DNA of 64,000 bases. It comes from Octopus sinensis. Its lineage: Eukaryota. The translations under genes were made by a program, and so were the position numbers. The notes under the pieces were generated by a model that worked only from the letters and a program-made list of their open reading frames with translations, did not search any database and was not told the origin of the DNA. Positions 37,524-51,125 of this stretch are shown here, piece by piece (position 1 is the first letter of the stretch; each line of letters begins with the position of its first letter). The DNA is taken from contig NW_021836166.1 in NCBI RefSeq assembly GCF_006345805.1, positions 1-64,000 of the forward strand, in the 5' to 3' direction.

Positions 37524-38754
37524 GGTACATATGTAGTAGTTGGCGGCCACTTTTTAGCGAATTTTAAAAAAACTATATTTTTTTTGGTGAATAATTACCT
37601 TTTTTAAATAATATTACTATAAAAAATTAATTATTTTTATACAAAATTATTAATTATTTTTTTTATTTTAGTTTTGATTCTGGGGGACAATGTAAGGCAA
37701 TGCACTCCATGATTGTTTCAAATTCTTTCTTTTTGGCTGTCTGTCGCCAATGAACTCCGTAAAATAACTATTAAGGTGTTGTCTGACTGTTCCCTTTGTT
37801 TTCTATTACGCCATTTGGCGCTACTCCACATTCTAAGGAATAATTATATAATTGGAAACCTTTCAATATGTGGGTGTGTGCACCCGTAGTTGGATCAACA
37901 AAACAATATCTGTGATTCACTTGCAGGTGCTGATATCCTGCATCCTGAAGATTTTTGTTGAATAACCCTTCCAGCAGTCTGATATGAGAATGGTGCCTTC
38001 TTCTACATTCTCAAGAATAGCCTTCGTAAGGGTCTTCATTGTTCTGTCAGGTATTGCTTCTAAGAAGCATTGGTTCGTTTCTCTGCAGATTCCGCCGAAA
38101 AACCATTGCTCAGGCAACATTCTGCCTCTGTTGTATTTCTTTTTGAAAAATGACTTTCGTCAATTTCCACAATCATTCCTTCACCGCCTATTATATTATA
38201 AATTTACGCACACCTATTTTGGATCTCTGACGAGATGTCAATGATAGCATGCAAATTTCACGCATGTACATTGACCAGTCCACGGTTGTATGTGAAGCCC
38301 AACCAAGATTTTCCATGCATATCTCCATAGAGAGATATTTTTTGCCCACAGGTAGACAAACCGGATTATATCTTCGAATGGTACTTTGGTTCCTGCTAAC
38401 CACGTTCCTGTTGAGTTTTAATGATATAAATACCAGTTTTTAGACTCGATTTACTTCGACAGCCCCTTCTGTAGCAATTCCAAGCCGGAGAGCTGCCAAT
38501 GTTTAAAGTCATTTGGTGTCCGTTGCGACACACTTTTTTTTGGATGATTCCTCTGGATTGCATGAAATTGATAGCTTCTGACATATTTGTGGGTAGATTG
38601 AATAGATTGACCTCACTTCTCATTTAAATTAAAGTAGCGTGGGATTTTATTATTTTTTATTGTATATTTTTAATATATATTTTTTTTAACTAAAAAAAAA
38701 TATAGTTTTTTTTAAAATTCGCTAAAAAGTGGCCGCCACTACTACATATGTACC
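37524..38754 (-). mobile_element. Full-length Merlin DNA transposon with three micro-introns
   Basis: About 60-bp TIR GGTACATATGTAGTAGT..GGCGGCCACTTTTTAGCGAATTTT; flanking duplication CATCATC; transposase from ATG 38623; introns 37833-37859, 38188-38213, 38408-38433. Confidence 0.95.
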
Positions 38755-38962
38755 CATCATCAATGCATGACGGTGGACCATGCAATATAACGAACATTGA
38801 GCAATAATTCTACTTATGAGGCATGTTTTATTCCAGCAATTGTTGATCGTCTTACAAGAAATGTCACTCCAAGAATATGATTTAAAAATTACGCAAAGAA
38901 TGATTTAAAAATTATAACGGGAGAATAAGATTAAATAATGAGTTTGTCCTATTAAATTAACA

Positions 38963-39450
38963 TTAATGCCAGGGAATTAACATAATTTCCCCGGTTAATG
39001 ACTTTGTCCGAACATCTATATCCATCAACCATAAATTGAATTCTTTTGAAGTCATCCACAAAGTTTGGTTGTATAAATATCTACAAAAATCTGAAATTCT
39101 CATATAAATATTGTGACGTTTTTTAAATTTCGACACCCAGCCATTAGTTCCTTTAAATACTTTCGTTTCATTTGAATTAGAACACCTATTTCCATTTCCA
39201 TATAATAACTTTGCTTTTTCCTGGAGGATTGCATCATTATAAGAGCCATCGCCGGCTTTAACCATATTAACCCATTCCTTTAACTCAAATCAATATTTTC
39301 GAATTTTAAATTTCGTGGTGTAGAATTCAAATTTCGATGTTTGATTTCCTTCTTGATTAGAAAGGAAAATATTTCGAAAACTTTACTGTGTTCTACATGT
39401 TAGTTTTTTTGCAGTTTTCAATAATAGCCATTTTTTCTTTTAATTATCAG
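38963..39450 (-). mobile_element. pogo/Tigger transposase fragment (CENP-B HTH)
   Basis: LQEKAK...FKGTNGWVSKFKKRHNI. Confidence 0.75.
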
Positions 39451-40089
39451 CGATATTTTGATTAAGTTACATATAAAGAACATCATGATTTACCAAAACA
39501 CGAGACAAAAACACGTGATTAATTTCTTAATCAGATAATTAAGCATCTAACTAATTTAATTAATAAAAATTAAAATTAATTTAAGAATCGAGATGGTTAT
39601 TTGAGCGGATATCCCTCGCGATAGTACGCTCTAACTCTTTCTCGATCGCGTCGGCTTCCCGCCCATGAAGCTTTTATTAATTATCTTGTAGTTATTTACT
39701 TTGTTTTTTGGATAATTGGATTTGGAAAAAAAGTGGTAAAAAATAGAAAAATAGTAAGATATAGAAAAATATAAGGGAAAAACAGAACTTCATTTTTTTG
39801 GTAAAAAAGGAGAGTGACAAATCATAGAGGTGATAAATTAGAGAAATTTGACTGTATTTATTTTGTTTGTGGAGACTTAAATTACGGCAATTTTTTGCGA
39901 ATCTAGTAAGACGGAGTACAAATTTCTTCCAAAGTGCGAAGAACTTTTTTATTAGCCAACCTTTGCTAGCTTTCCTAGCTTTAAACGCTTGAATAGCTAG
40001 AATAGGTGGTTGAAAAAGCAGTCAAGATCCTAAGCGTCTCACAACGACGCCACGCTGCGTATTAAGGATTCTGTTTTATAAGATAAATT

Positions 40090-40560
40090 CCCTAACTTAT
40101 GATAACGGCGAATTTTCTATAGATACTTGACCATCGCAAATTGACCACAATGTTGAATTTGCTTATTCCATTTGCAACTACATATGAGTGTGAGACGACA
40201 TTTTCAACCTATCTACCATTAAATCAAAATTCCAAAATAGATTAGATGTGTCAAATGAAGAAAATTAATTTTCTTAGTAAAGTAGCCAATTTGAGAATTG
40301 GCCACAATTTTTGAATTAATTTTGTTTATTTAGAAAAATTACTACAACCAATGGATTTTGGAATTATAAAAACCTTCAAGACTCATTTCATGAGAAGAAA
40401 GCTAGAGTACTTAAATGATTTGTTGGAGACTTAAAATATTTCTGTATACAATTCATTCAAAAAATTGACATTAAAAGATGCAATTTTGTTTGTTAATATA
40501 GGTTGGGGTGACATATCTACTGAAACCATTCAAAATTGTTTTAAGATTTTAAATAAATCT
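40090..40560 (+). mobile_element. Adjacent hAT C-terminal and pogo DDE fragments
   Basis: LLIPFATT...CETTFS, then LQPMDFGIIKTFKTHF. Confidence 0.65.
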
Positions 40561-40794
40561 AGTCACGAAAATCCATTAATTTAACATTATGACACTGAAA
40601 TTGAAAGAACTGATATTTTCGATCCTTTAATGAGTGAAGATTTTTTAAATATCGAATGCACATCAATTTTTACAATAAATTAGTACTTATTTAAGACCAT
40701 AATCTGTTTAAAAAATTTAAAAAATAACCTAAAACTTGAATGACCGCAGACCACGATTAATTTGTATAAAATACGTGAATTAAGATATTGGTTT

Positions 40795-41125
40795 AGCTCG
40801 ACAATAATGATGTTGTCCTTTCATATGCAAATGACATCGTATTAGCCTCACAGGACAAGGACATCCAGAAGGCCTCTAAAAGGCTCCAAGCTAACTTGGA
40901 TCGGCTCAACCTATGGCTAACTGACAACCGACTCGTGGTAAACGCGGCGAAGTCCGCCACGTCCCTCTTCACTTCGGACAAAAGATTGGGAAAGACTTCA
41001 GTCGACTTAAAGCTGAATAATATGTCCGTACCCTTCTACAGGAATCAGACGGTCCTAGGGGTAACCCTCGATATGCACCTCTGTTTCTCCCCTTATGCAG
41101 ACAACCTCCTTTACAAATGCAAAAA
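40795..41125 (+). mobile_element. Non-LTR RT fragment (Jockey/I-like)
   Basis: SYANDI, WLTDNRL..NAAKS, VLGVTLD. Confidence 0.85.
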
Positions 41126-41484
41126 AAATAAAAATTACACATTGATAAAACAAAATGAGGGTTGGGACAACTGAGCAGATCCCAAACAAAGGCCGAAATA
41201 ATAAGCATCTGGAATAATCTTCCAGAGGAGTTTGTAAAAAATTACACAAGAAGCTTCCATAACTGTGTACAAAAAGTATATAATGCAAATGGAAGACATA
41301 TTAATTTTCTGTAGTCACTTTTTTTGGTAACTGTTTTTTTAAATCATCGTTATCACCAACAAATAAAAATAAATAGTCGATTTTTAAAATAGTTTTCGTT
41401 GGTTTTTAAAAAATAGATATTGTTATCCGTTGAAATTTATTATAAAAATACGTAAATTATACTTATCTTTGTGTAATACATTCC

Positions 41485-42321
41485 AAGATTTCTATTCACC
41501 CAAAGCTGAAAAAGTGGCTAGCTAACATCCTCAGCGGCCGAAGAGGCAGGATCCAACAAAACAATACAAGATCGATGTCACGATATTTTCCAAACGCAGT
41601 CCCTCAAGGCTCACCCCGTTCACCAGTTCTTTTTAACTCATTCTTATCGGATCTCCCGCTACCAAACGACAAAGACTCAATTGTACTATCATACGCTGAC
41701 AATATTGTGATTGCTACTCGGAGCTGTGAGGTTAACATAGCAAGTTCAAAACTACAGAACTACCTCCACAATCTCGAAAGTTGACTTTCGATAAATCAAA
41801 TATCAACGAGTCCTGAAAAATCAGTCAATACGCTTCTGGACTTCAACAAGGAATCTTGAGACAATGGTGGTGAACTTATATCTAAACAACATGGAAATCC
41901 CCTTTAAAAAATCCCAGAAAATCCTCGGCGCGATAGTCATATGTGTTTCTCCCAACAAGTTGAAAATGCTATAACTAGCTGCATGAAGAAACTGAACATC
42001 TTAAAAGTGTTCCTCCGAAAATGCAAACAATGGATCAGCTTCCCCACACGCCAATCAATCTACCGGCAATATATTAAACCGTCGATTAGTTATGCTTGTG
42101 GGGCGTGGGGAGGGTTTGTCAGTGAAACGAACCGTGAAAAAATCGAAAAAACTCAAGAAAGATTTCGGAAAGCACTACTAGGACCGAATGAACATCTATC
42201 CATCGCCTCATTTAAAGAAATCTTAGGAAGGAACCATGGGCCTACAGTAAATTGTGTCGGGACTATGGAGTTGCACTGGGCAAAGATGAGGACCCTTCTC
42301 AGAGAAGCCGGGATCACCTGA
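41485..42321 (+). mobile_element. Non-LTR RT 3' fragment (same group as 2508-3440)
   Basis: VPQGSPRSP, SYADNI, YRQYIKPSISYACGAWG. Confidence 0.88.
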
Positions 42322-44339
42322 TTAATTAGTTCTATGTTTTGGACGGTTATCTTGGTTCTAATAATAATTCTAAAATTTCTATTGAAACAAACAAATATTA
42401 AAATCGCAGTGTCTACAAACTTCTTCTGAGAGCAAGTTTCGAATGAAATAAATCAATTTGACTATCAAAGATTAACGACGACTTTCTCCTGGAAGCAAAT
42501 TAAGGAAAATAGAGAAGAATTAGTTGAAGATAAAAATTGCTGGAAAGAAGTTCTGGAAGAAATATAACTGAAGTAATATCTGGAGAAAACAAAGATCTAG
42601 TCAAAAGTCGCGAATTTTATAATGGATTTGGCACAGAGGACAAAACAACGATATTAGAAACGTATAAAATGATGAATAGGTTGGAAAATGTAGCGCAAAA
42701 TACATTTTTTGAGACACTCTAAAAATATTGAGTTTAAATTTCAACTTGGAAAAATTTAAGAAATATGAAAAATTTGAAATTGACTGATTATTTCAAAAAT
42801 ATGTTTTAAAAAGAATGATTTATTCATTAATCAAAATCAAATGAAAAAACAGAATAGAAATCTATCAAACTATAGAGCAAAAAAGCACAACTTATTGTAT
42901 TATCCCCATATAAACTTTGGAAGTTGTGAAAGAGTTCTTTCTTCGCAAAATAAACCAAAATTTAAATTAAATGAACCATAATTCAATAGTTTGAATCAGA
43001 CCCCCGCTTTCTGGGACACTTTAGTTCCCCACCTCAGTGTTAGACTGTAATAATTTTGAGCAGAGTAATATGTATGTTAATAATGATTATTTTAGTTCTA
43101 ATTCTGGGGACCCGACTATCATTGCACAGATATTTGAAGGAATTCTCCTTAGTCAAGATTGATATTTTTTATATTATTTCTTAGTTTATTGTAAAGTTGT
43201 AGAAATCCTTCCAACAATTTTTTTAAACTTTTTTTAAACTCAAAAGTTTCCATAAAATAATAATTCATTGATCCAAGTTAATTCTTTGATTGAGAGGACG
43301 AGCGAATAACAAATTAGATCGTTTTTTCGATTTGTATGACCAAATAAAATTCTCGAATAATCTGAATTCTTAGTTAAACTATTGTCAGGAAAAAGAAAAA
43401 TTAAATTTGAAAGCGCTATGGAATGCAAAGTTCGCATTAAAATGATATAAACCTCACTTTTGTTCATATTTTTTACGGAATTTCTTCAATATTTATTCTT
43501 AGCTAAAAAAATTCGTGCTCTTCAAGAGCTTTCATTTCTTTATCACACTCTTTACGGTGTATACTGAGCTTTTCAATATACTGCTGTTTTTGATTAAATC
43601 TTTAAAAATACCCTGTGTGAGGCAATTAAATTGAAATAAAAGTCTGTATGAAAATCAGGCATTCTAATTTGCTTTCTTTTTACCAACATCAACAATGGTG
43701 TCCCATATATATCAATTGAGAGAAGACGGACTCTTTTAAATCCGCTCAATACACCTGCGTTACAATTGACATTAACAAGAATTCGCAAAGAAAATGTTGT
43801 CTGGGCACATGGTGTCTTAGACCTGATGGAGAGATCATGAACCAGAGTGCACGATGCACTCCATCTTCATACAGCATAAATGGCATATATATCAATGACA
43901 AATATGAACTCGTTATTCCAAATCTAGATGACATTGTAGAAGCTTACGATCTAGTAGTCAATCTAACCAAAAATAAAAAGAGTATAGAGGAGGTTGTGAA
44001 CAAGATATTTCATCAACTGAAGAAGAAAAAATGATAGTCAAAGAGAGAGATGGATAACCAAATCTGAACAAACTGGGCTGGATGGAATCATTGAAGCATA
44101 AAATAGTGTTTGTCGTTTACTACCTTGTGGTTACTTGGAAATTGTGGTTACGTGGAGATTTTTCCTATCCTGATAGCATTTATTGGTTATTCAATAAATA
44201 TTGATCACGTAATAGTACTCAGATAAGATAAAAAAAATCAATAATTCAATTCAAAAAATAAAACTACCAAAATGACAAATCCAATATCTATTTTACTGAT
44301 TGGAATGTAAAAACATTTCACAAAACAAAATTAATTTAC

Positions 44340-44630
44340 AGGAAAAGTTGTCTGCAAAAAAACAATAAGCAATTATCTACATGAAAATCATTACAAAGCA
44401 TGTGTGTAAAAGAAAACCTTTTTTATCAAAAAAATAGTAAAAAACGATATGAGCTTTCAATAATCTTTTTTGCAATAAGCAATGAAACGTGGAGAACTGT
44501 TATATTTAGCGACGAGGCTTCCTTTGAAATTTTTTCATCTAAAAAGAAAATTTTGCTTTAGAAAAAAAATACAGCCTTAAATTATGCCCATTTAACTCCA
44601 ACTTTGAAGTTTGGTGGTGGAAAAATTTTT
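44340..44630 (+). mobile_element. Tc1-like transposase fragment
   Basis: RKPFLSK...WRTVIFSDEASFE...TLKFGGG. Confidence 0.75.
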
Positions 44631-44634
44631 TAAA

Positions 44635-45225
44635 ATCGCAAGCTTCGAGATGGTAAGAAGGTTTTAGACGAGGTCTATAAAGCGAATATTGTCGAGAAAT
44701 ATTTCAAAATTATCCCCTTAAAAAACGAGCTCGATTGATATCACACACGTGAAAACTGAGAATGGATCTTTATAATTACTCAAATCTTGATGAAAATTTA
44801 AAAACGCAGGTTTAGCGAGGGTAAGAAGGTTTTAGACGAGCTGTAAAAAGCGAATATTGTCGACAAATATTTCAAACTGATCCCTTGAAAAAACGAGCCC
44901 GATTGATATCACACACGTGAAAACTGAGAATGGATCTTTATAATTACTCAAATCTTGTTGAAAATTTTAAAACGCAAGCTTAGAGAGGGTAAGAAGGTTT
45001 TAGACGTGGTATAACGCTAACGCTAACCCTAACTCTAACCCTAAAAGCGAATATTGTCGAGAAATATTTCAAACTGATCCCCTTAAAAAAAGAGCCCGAT
45101 TGAGATCACACACGTGGACAACTGAGTATGGATCTTTATAATTATGCAAATCTTGTTGAAAATTTTAAAACGCAGGCTTAGAGAAGGTAAGAATGTTTTA
45201 GACGAGGTGTAAAAAGCGAATAATA
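44635..45225. repeat. 168-bp tandem repeat (about 3.4 copies); one unit carries a telomere-like insertion
   Basis: GGTAAGAA anchor at 44652, 44820, 44988 and 45186. Confidence 0.93.
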
Positions 45226-45299
45226 TATTACGGAATTTCTTACAATAATCTCATACAATTGTAACTGAGTGTCAGTATTATGTTTATGATAGATATGTA

Positions 45300-45853
45300 G
45301 CCTGGCGTATTGCCAAACTGTTTCCCCGGATAATGGCGATCGATAACCGTTACATTAGCCAGTCCGCCTCCCGAGGATCATGAGTGCGCATTGAGATTTT
45401 GGCTCCGAGCTTGCGAAGGAACTTTTCAGTTTTTGGACCGAGAGCACCCGACGTCTCCGCCGCGATCGGCACAACGGAAAACTCCTCCGATAGGGCAGAA
45501 TATTTTGATAGCTTTAAATCTTCAGCCTTCTTAGCTGCAGATTTAGCCTCCAGAGCACACGAAGTGAGAAGGAGAAAAGGTGTCCCAGCAGGTTGCATCC
45601 CATACAAGGCCTTTTCCGCCTTCAAAGGGGAAAAGGGTCATCCCGTCAGGACGTTTCCCGTCGCCGCGGTCAAGACCCGGTGGTTCGAGGACCGAAGGAA
45701 ATTCCGCCGAGTCGAGGGCCCTCCGTATGATGTCATTCATAGCAGACTGCCTCGGGAAACGCGCGGCACTCCTCTTGCACGATAAATGGTGCAGACCGAA
45801 AGGGTCAACAGTGCAGCCACAGCAGCACGTGTGCGGGACACATTGCCTTAGTC
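45300..45853 (-). mobile_element. CRE-like RLE 3' part
   Basis: [34 protein letters not shown]. Confidence 0.9.
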
Positions 45854-47245
<1,392 letters not shown>

Positions 47246-47254
47246 CCTTAGGGC

Positions 47255-47570
47255 CTAAGGTATTTCCCAGCACACATTTCAGTTGGATATTTATTCTTTG
47301 GGAATTATATTCTCACAATATTTGTTCAAAGGATGGAACCCTCTTACTCAGGTTTGTAATCATAGTTAGATTTGCAGTACTCAGTGGAAAAACTTATTCT
47401 TCAAGTTAACAAAATAGAGATCCGTGCACCCAATGTTTTTTCGGATGAGGCCAAAGATTTTTTAAGAATGTAATTCCGTCTCTATATTTGGTAGGATGTG
47501 TGACAACGATCCACTTAAAAGGTGGAGTGCCGTCCAGTTCGAAAAAGATTCGTGTATTCAGCTAACTCCG
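47255..47570 (+). pseudogene. Protein kinase C-terminal lobe fragment
   Basis: FSDEAKDFL...DPLKRWSA with short introns. Confidence 0.4.
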
Positions 47571-48555
47571 GAGAACAACAATACAATCATAAAATGTGTT
47601 CACCTCTAAATTAATTTATAGACACGAATGAGATTTCGAAAATTAGACATATTCAAGATTGCTTGTACGGAAATATGGCCCTCAGCACACATATTTTTAT
47701 CAAATGATGTTATTTTAGGCTAAATAAATCCTAAAGGCGAATCCAGGCCAAAACATCTTGAATTTGTTAAATTTTGGACAATGACACACAATAAATTTCA
47801 TCTCGTTGTGTATATGTTTGTCTCTCCTTTGATGGGTCACCAAGGATTATAGATTTTGGATCAGCCGGTGCCATCCACAGCGTAATCTCCAAAGTGCCGA
47901 TGAATACAACATTCCACTACATGAATACAACCAAAGTGCCACAGCAGCCTCAAGGGTTGCAAAGAACCCGCAGGCCAAAAGCCCAGTCCGCTGGGTAAAA
48001 GCCAATCCCACAGAATCAGTCTGGACAAAAGGGTCTCCCTCAAGTCCGTCCAAAGTCGATGCCTATATTCAGACGTCGCCGGTCCCCAACACACTCACAA
48101 GCTCGAAGTCAAACACTAATAAGTGCCATAACTCAGAAGTGGTCCGCTCGGCTGTCCTCCCCAAGAAGGCAGGAACCCACCGTGACAAAGCTTTGCCACA
48201 ACAAAGTCCCCACTCGGATCAGGACGTACACAACAGAGATGCCCTCATGGAATTCTTCCGCTCTACGCCAGGGACTGGCTCGAGCATCTTCTACTGCGAA
48301 AAACTCCAAGTCCGTAACCTCACTATCATCGAGGGGACACTATGTGAATTCCTCTCCCTTGAGGTGAAAACCGAATCTTTCTTGTTTAGGCCATGGAATC
48401 TGCTCGTAACAATACCGGCGTCTAAATAAAACAATTCAGATGGCTGTCGCCTCGCAATAAAAAATATTTGGGGCTGTTTTCTTATAAATTAAATTATTAC
48501 TTTTGAGGAATGAACTACCACAATAAAAAGTACACAAAGAAATTAGAAGCATTGA

Positions 48556-49956
48556 ATGAGTCAAAACACAAATAGACCAGATGAAGCCGCTGGCAGAGCA
48601 GATTTAAGCGATGTTCAATCCTTGCAGTCAACTAGAAGCGCATTCTCAGGATCATCTGTCAGTCAGCTTGTTCGTAGACCAGGCGTTGTTGAGACTGACG
48701 TCATTTTTAGCAAACTGACGAGGATGAGAAATGTAAGAGAGGCAGTGAATAACCTCTCTGATGAGAATCTGAAAGAAAATCCAGAGTTCCACAAAAATAT
48801 GTTAGAACTCACTGACATATCGGTTTTTGTGGACAACGATTTGGACAAACCTGTCACTTTCGACAAGAACTATTTTGACAACTTGCCTAGTGACAAGATC
48901 AAAGAGGTCTTGAATGATTTCACTGACAGAGCTGAGAAGGTGATGTTAGAGAACCAGGAAGAGCAACAAATATGCAGGCAAGATGCCTTGATGAACGATC
49001 CAAGTTTAATCCGAAATGACTTTGTGTCTAGTGCATCCGCAAGCAAGAACACAATGAGAAGCCGGAAGGAATACTTTGAAAATAGGGACAGAATACAAAG
49101 TGTTCTTCCACTAAGGGGGACACTTAAAGAAGAGGACCAGGTCGTATATGATGAGATGATCCTTCAGAAGGAAAAACTAAACAGGCTAACTTCTATCCTT
49201 CCCCTTAGAGTGATGAGTGTCGACCATATGAAAGGCCTTCATGAATTGGTCGAGACACTCAGTGATGAGGGTTTAACAGCTCTGGATAGCTTGATAAAGA
49301 TGAATTTGTGTGACCATGTCGGACATTATAAATCAGAGATCTCAAGATACATCCAGACAAACGAGATCGGGAAATTAACTGAGGTTATCAGTAGACAATA
49401 TGATCCTTCACAAATGGTTGACCTTAGGCGAGACTCTATGAACATCCCACTATTCACCACTGTGCCTGTACACGCATTTACAGACCAGCATGACATTGAC
49501 CCACACAATGGTCGTGGTTCTGACAATGTGGACCCATCACTCTCTTACTTTGATGACAATCAAAGTTACAGGAATTACCATGGTGACATGATGGAGAAAT
49601 CGATAATTGTAAAAGACAGATCAGCGTCGGGCGGGATCCTCCTAAGAACCAATGTGGGCTCTATAGGTAGATTTCACCCAAGGCATCTTCGAGTTATAAC
49701 CAGAAGTGTGGACATCAACATATTCCTGTCATCAGAGAATAGGAAGAATGGCAGATCAGCAGCCGGGTTAATATATGTGGGTTATAGAATGAATTGCTTA
49801 AAAGCACAATTCATACAGGCTCCATTTCTGACAAAAAGCATGCTCAGAACAGGGAAAATACTGTTCTTCTCTTGCGTTATGATGGACAATGTCCAGTGTT
49901 ACGTTTGCACGCCAGATGGTGACAAGCCATCAGATAAATGCGCCAAAAGGCTGTAA
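48556..49956 (+). CDS. Intact intronless 466-aa orphan ORF; retroposed mRNA, probably from a negative-strand RNA virus
   Basis: 13-bp direct repeats AAAAAGTACACAA (48525-48537, 50021-50033) bracket a short 5'UTR, the ORF, a 3'UTR and ATG-A9; purine-rich and CpG-poor. Retroposition is well supported; viral origin is inferred. Confidence 0.7.
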   Translation: MSQNTNRPDEAAGRADLSDVQSLQSTRSAFSGSSVSQLVRRPGVVETDVIFSKLTRMRNVREAVNNLSDENLKENPEFHKNMLELTDISVFVDNDLDKPVTFDKNYFDNLPSDKIKEVLNDFTDRAEKVMLENQEEQQICRQDALMNDPSLIRNDFVSSASASKNTMRSRKEYFENRDRIQSVLPLRGTLKEEDQVVYDEMILQKEKLNRLTSILPLRVMSVDHMKGLHELVETLSDEGLTALDSLIKMNLCDHVGHYKSEISRYIQTNEIGKLTEVISRQYDPSQMVDLRRDSMNIPLFTTVPVHAFTDQHDIDPHNGRGSDNVDPSLSYFDDNQSYRNYHGDMMEKSIIVKDRSASGGILLRTNVGSIGRFHPRHLRVITRSVDINIFLSSENRKNGRSAAGLIYVGYRMNCLKAQFIQAPFLTKSMLRTGKILFFSCVMMDNVQCYVCTPDGDKPSDKCAKRL

Positions 49957-50033
49957 TTAGATGTTAAGTTATTAACACTTTCTTTGTTTGGTCTCTAACA
50001 CCCACTAATCAAAATGAAAAAAAAAGTACACAA

Positions 50034-50415
50034 TAAAATACTAAAAAATCAAAATAAACAATAAAATACTAGACAAAAATAAATTTAATTCAAGAAATCC
50101 TTATGAATGAAGATTAATTAATTGATAAAATGAATACAAATTTACTTGCAAAATAAACTTTATAGAAAATATTTTACCAGTAGTCAATTTAAATAATCTT
50201 CAAACAAATAAAAAAACAAAATATTATAAAAATAAAGTATTAATTGCAAGAAAAAATAAAACCAGAATTAACAACCACAAGCACAACAAAAAAATAACAT
50301 AACAGCAAGCTGTACATAACACGTGATATGTAATTTATCCTAATTAAGTCAATAAATTTAAAATATTTAAAAAAATAAATAAATAAAATTTAATTTCTGT
50401 TTGAATTCAGCTAGT
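50034..50415 (+). repeat. Merlin 3' subterminal region copy
   Basis: Homologous to the reverse of 15806-16125, ending TTGAATTCAGCTAG. Confidence 0.8.
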
Positions 50416-50499
50416 TTACTTTTTAATACTTTTTAAATAGGAATAGAATAGAATGTTTATTGATCAGAAATTGAAAGAAAACAAGGAAAGATCGAAGAG

Positions 50500-50797
50500 A
50501 TTAATCGAGGCACCAAAGTGTCTCTTTCAATGCGTATCCCCAATTATAGTCGATGTTTACAATTTTTCTCAAGACTATCCGGATCGTGGGCACAGCAGAT
50601 TCTTGCGAGCTTTCTAGCCCTCCGTCAAGTTGTACTCCATAAGCCAGTTTCAATGCGAAACGTCTTGTTTTTCCAACTGTTTGACAAAGTAGTCACTCTC
50701 CTCCGACAGTAACAGCCCTCGTAGCCATATGTAAGGACTGGCTGTACACACGTATTGTAGACGTAGATGTACGTTTCCGGATCAAAATGGAACCTGG
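50500..50797 (-). mobile_element. RTE-like non-LTR fragment
   Basis: VYNTCVQPVLTYGYE post-RT motif. Confidence 0.6.
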
Positions 50798-50822
50798 TTA
50801 AGCTTATGAAAATTATAAATAG

Positions 50823-51125
50823 AAAATTAAATATACAAGGAATGAAGGAAAGAGTGGTGCAAAACGATTTCGAAAGATATTAATTGACAATATACAAGGA
50901 ATTACTAAGCCAGCAATAAGAAGACTATGTCGAAAAGGAGGTGTTCAAAGAATTTCTGGAAAAATTTACGAGGAGACACGTTCTGTCCTTAAAATTTTTA
51001 TCGAGCAAACTGTTCGTGATTGTATTTCTTACACTGAACATGCCAAAAGAAAAACTGTTATCGCAATGGATTTTGTTAATGCCTTGAAACGTCAAGGTAG
51101 GACAATTTATGGATTTGGTGGATAA
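50823..51125 (+). CDS. H4: Divergent histone H4 (first exon/start not resolved; not in the ORF track)
   Basis: [92 protein letters not shown]. Confidence 0.95.
   Translation, partial: KIKYTRNEGKSGAKRFRKILIDNIQGITKPAIRRLCRKGGVQRISGKIYEETRSVLKIFIEQTVRDCISYTEHAKRKTVIAMDFVNALKRQGRTIYGFGG

Noticed and set aside
47850-48430. LINE ORF1/endonuclease fragment upstream of the 466-aa insert
   Set aside because: Composition is suggestive but no diagnostic motif could be confirmed, so it is not listed as a feature.
50395-50416. Helitron 3' end (CTAG followed by T)
   Set aside because: No clear subterminal hairpin, and the sequence is better explained as the Merlin 3' region seen at 15806-16177.
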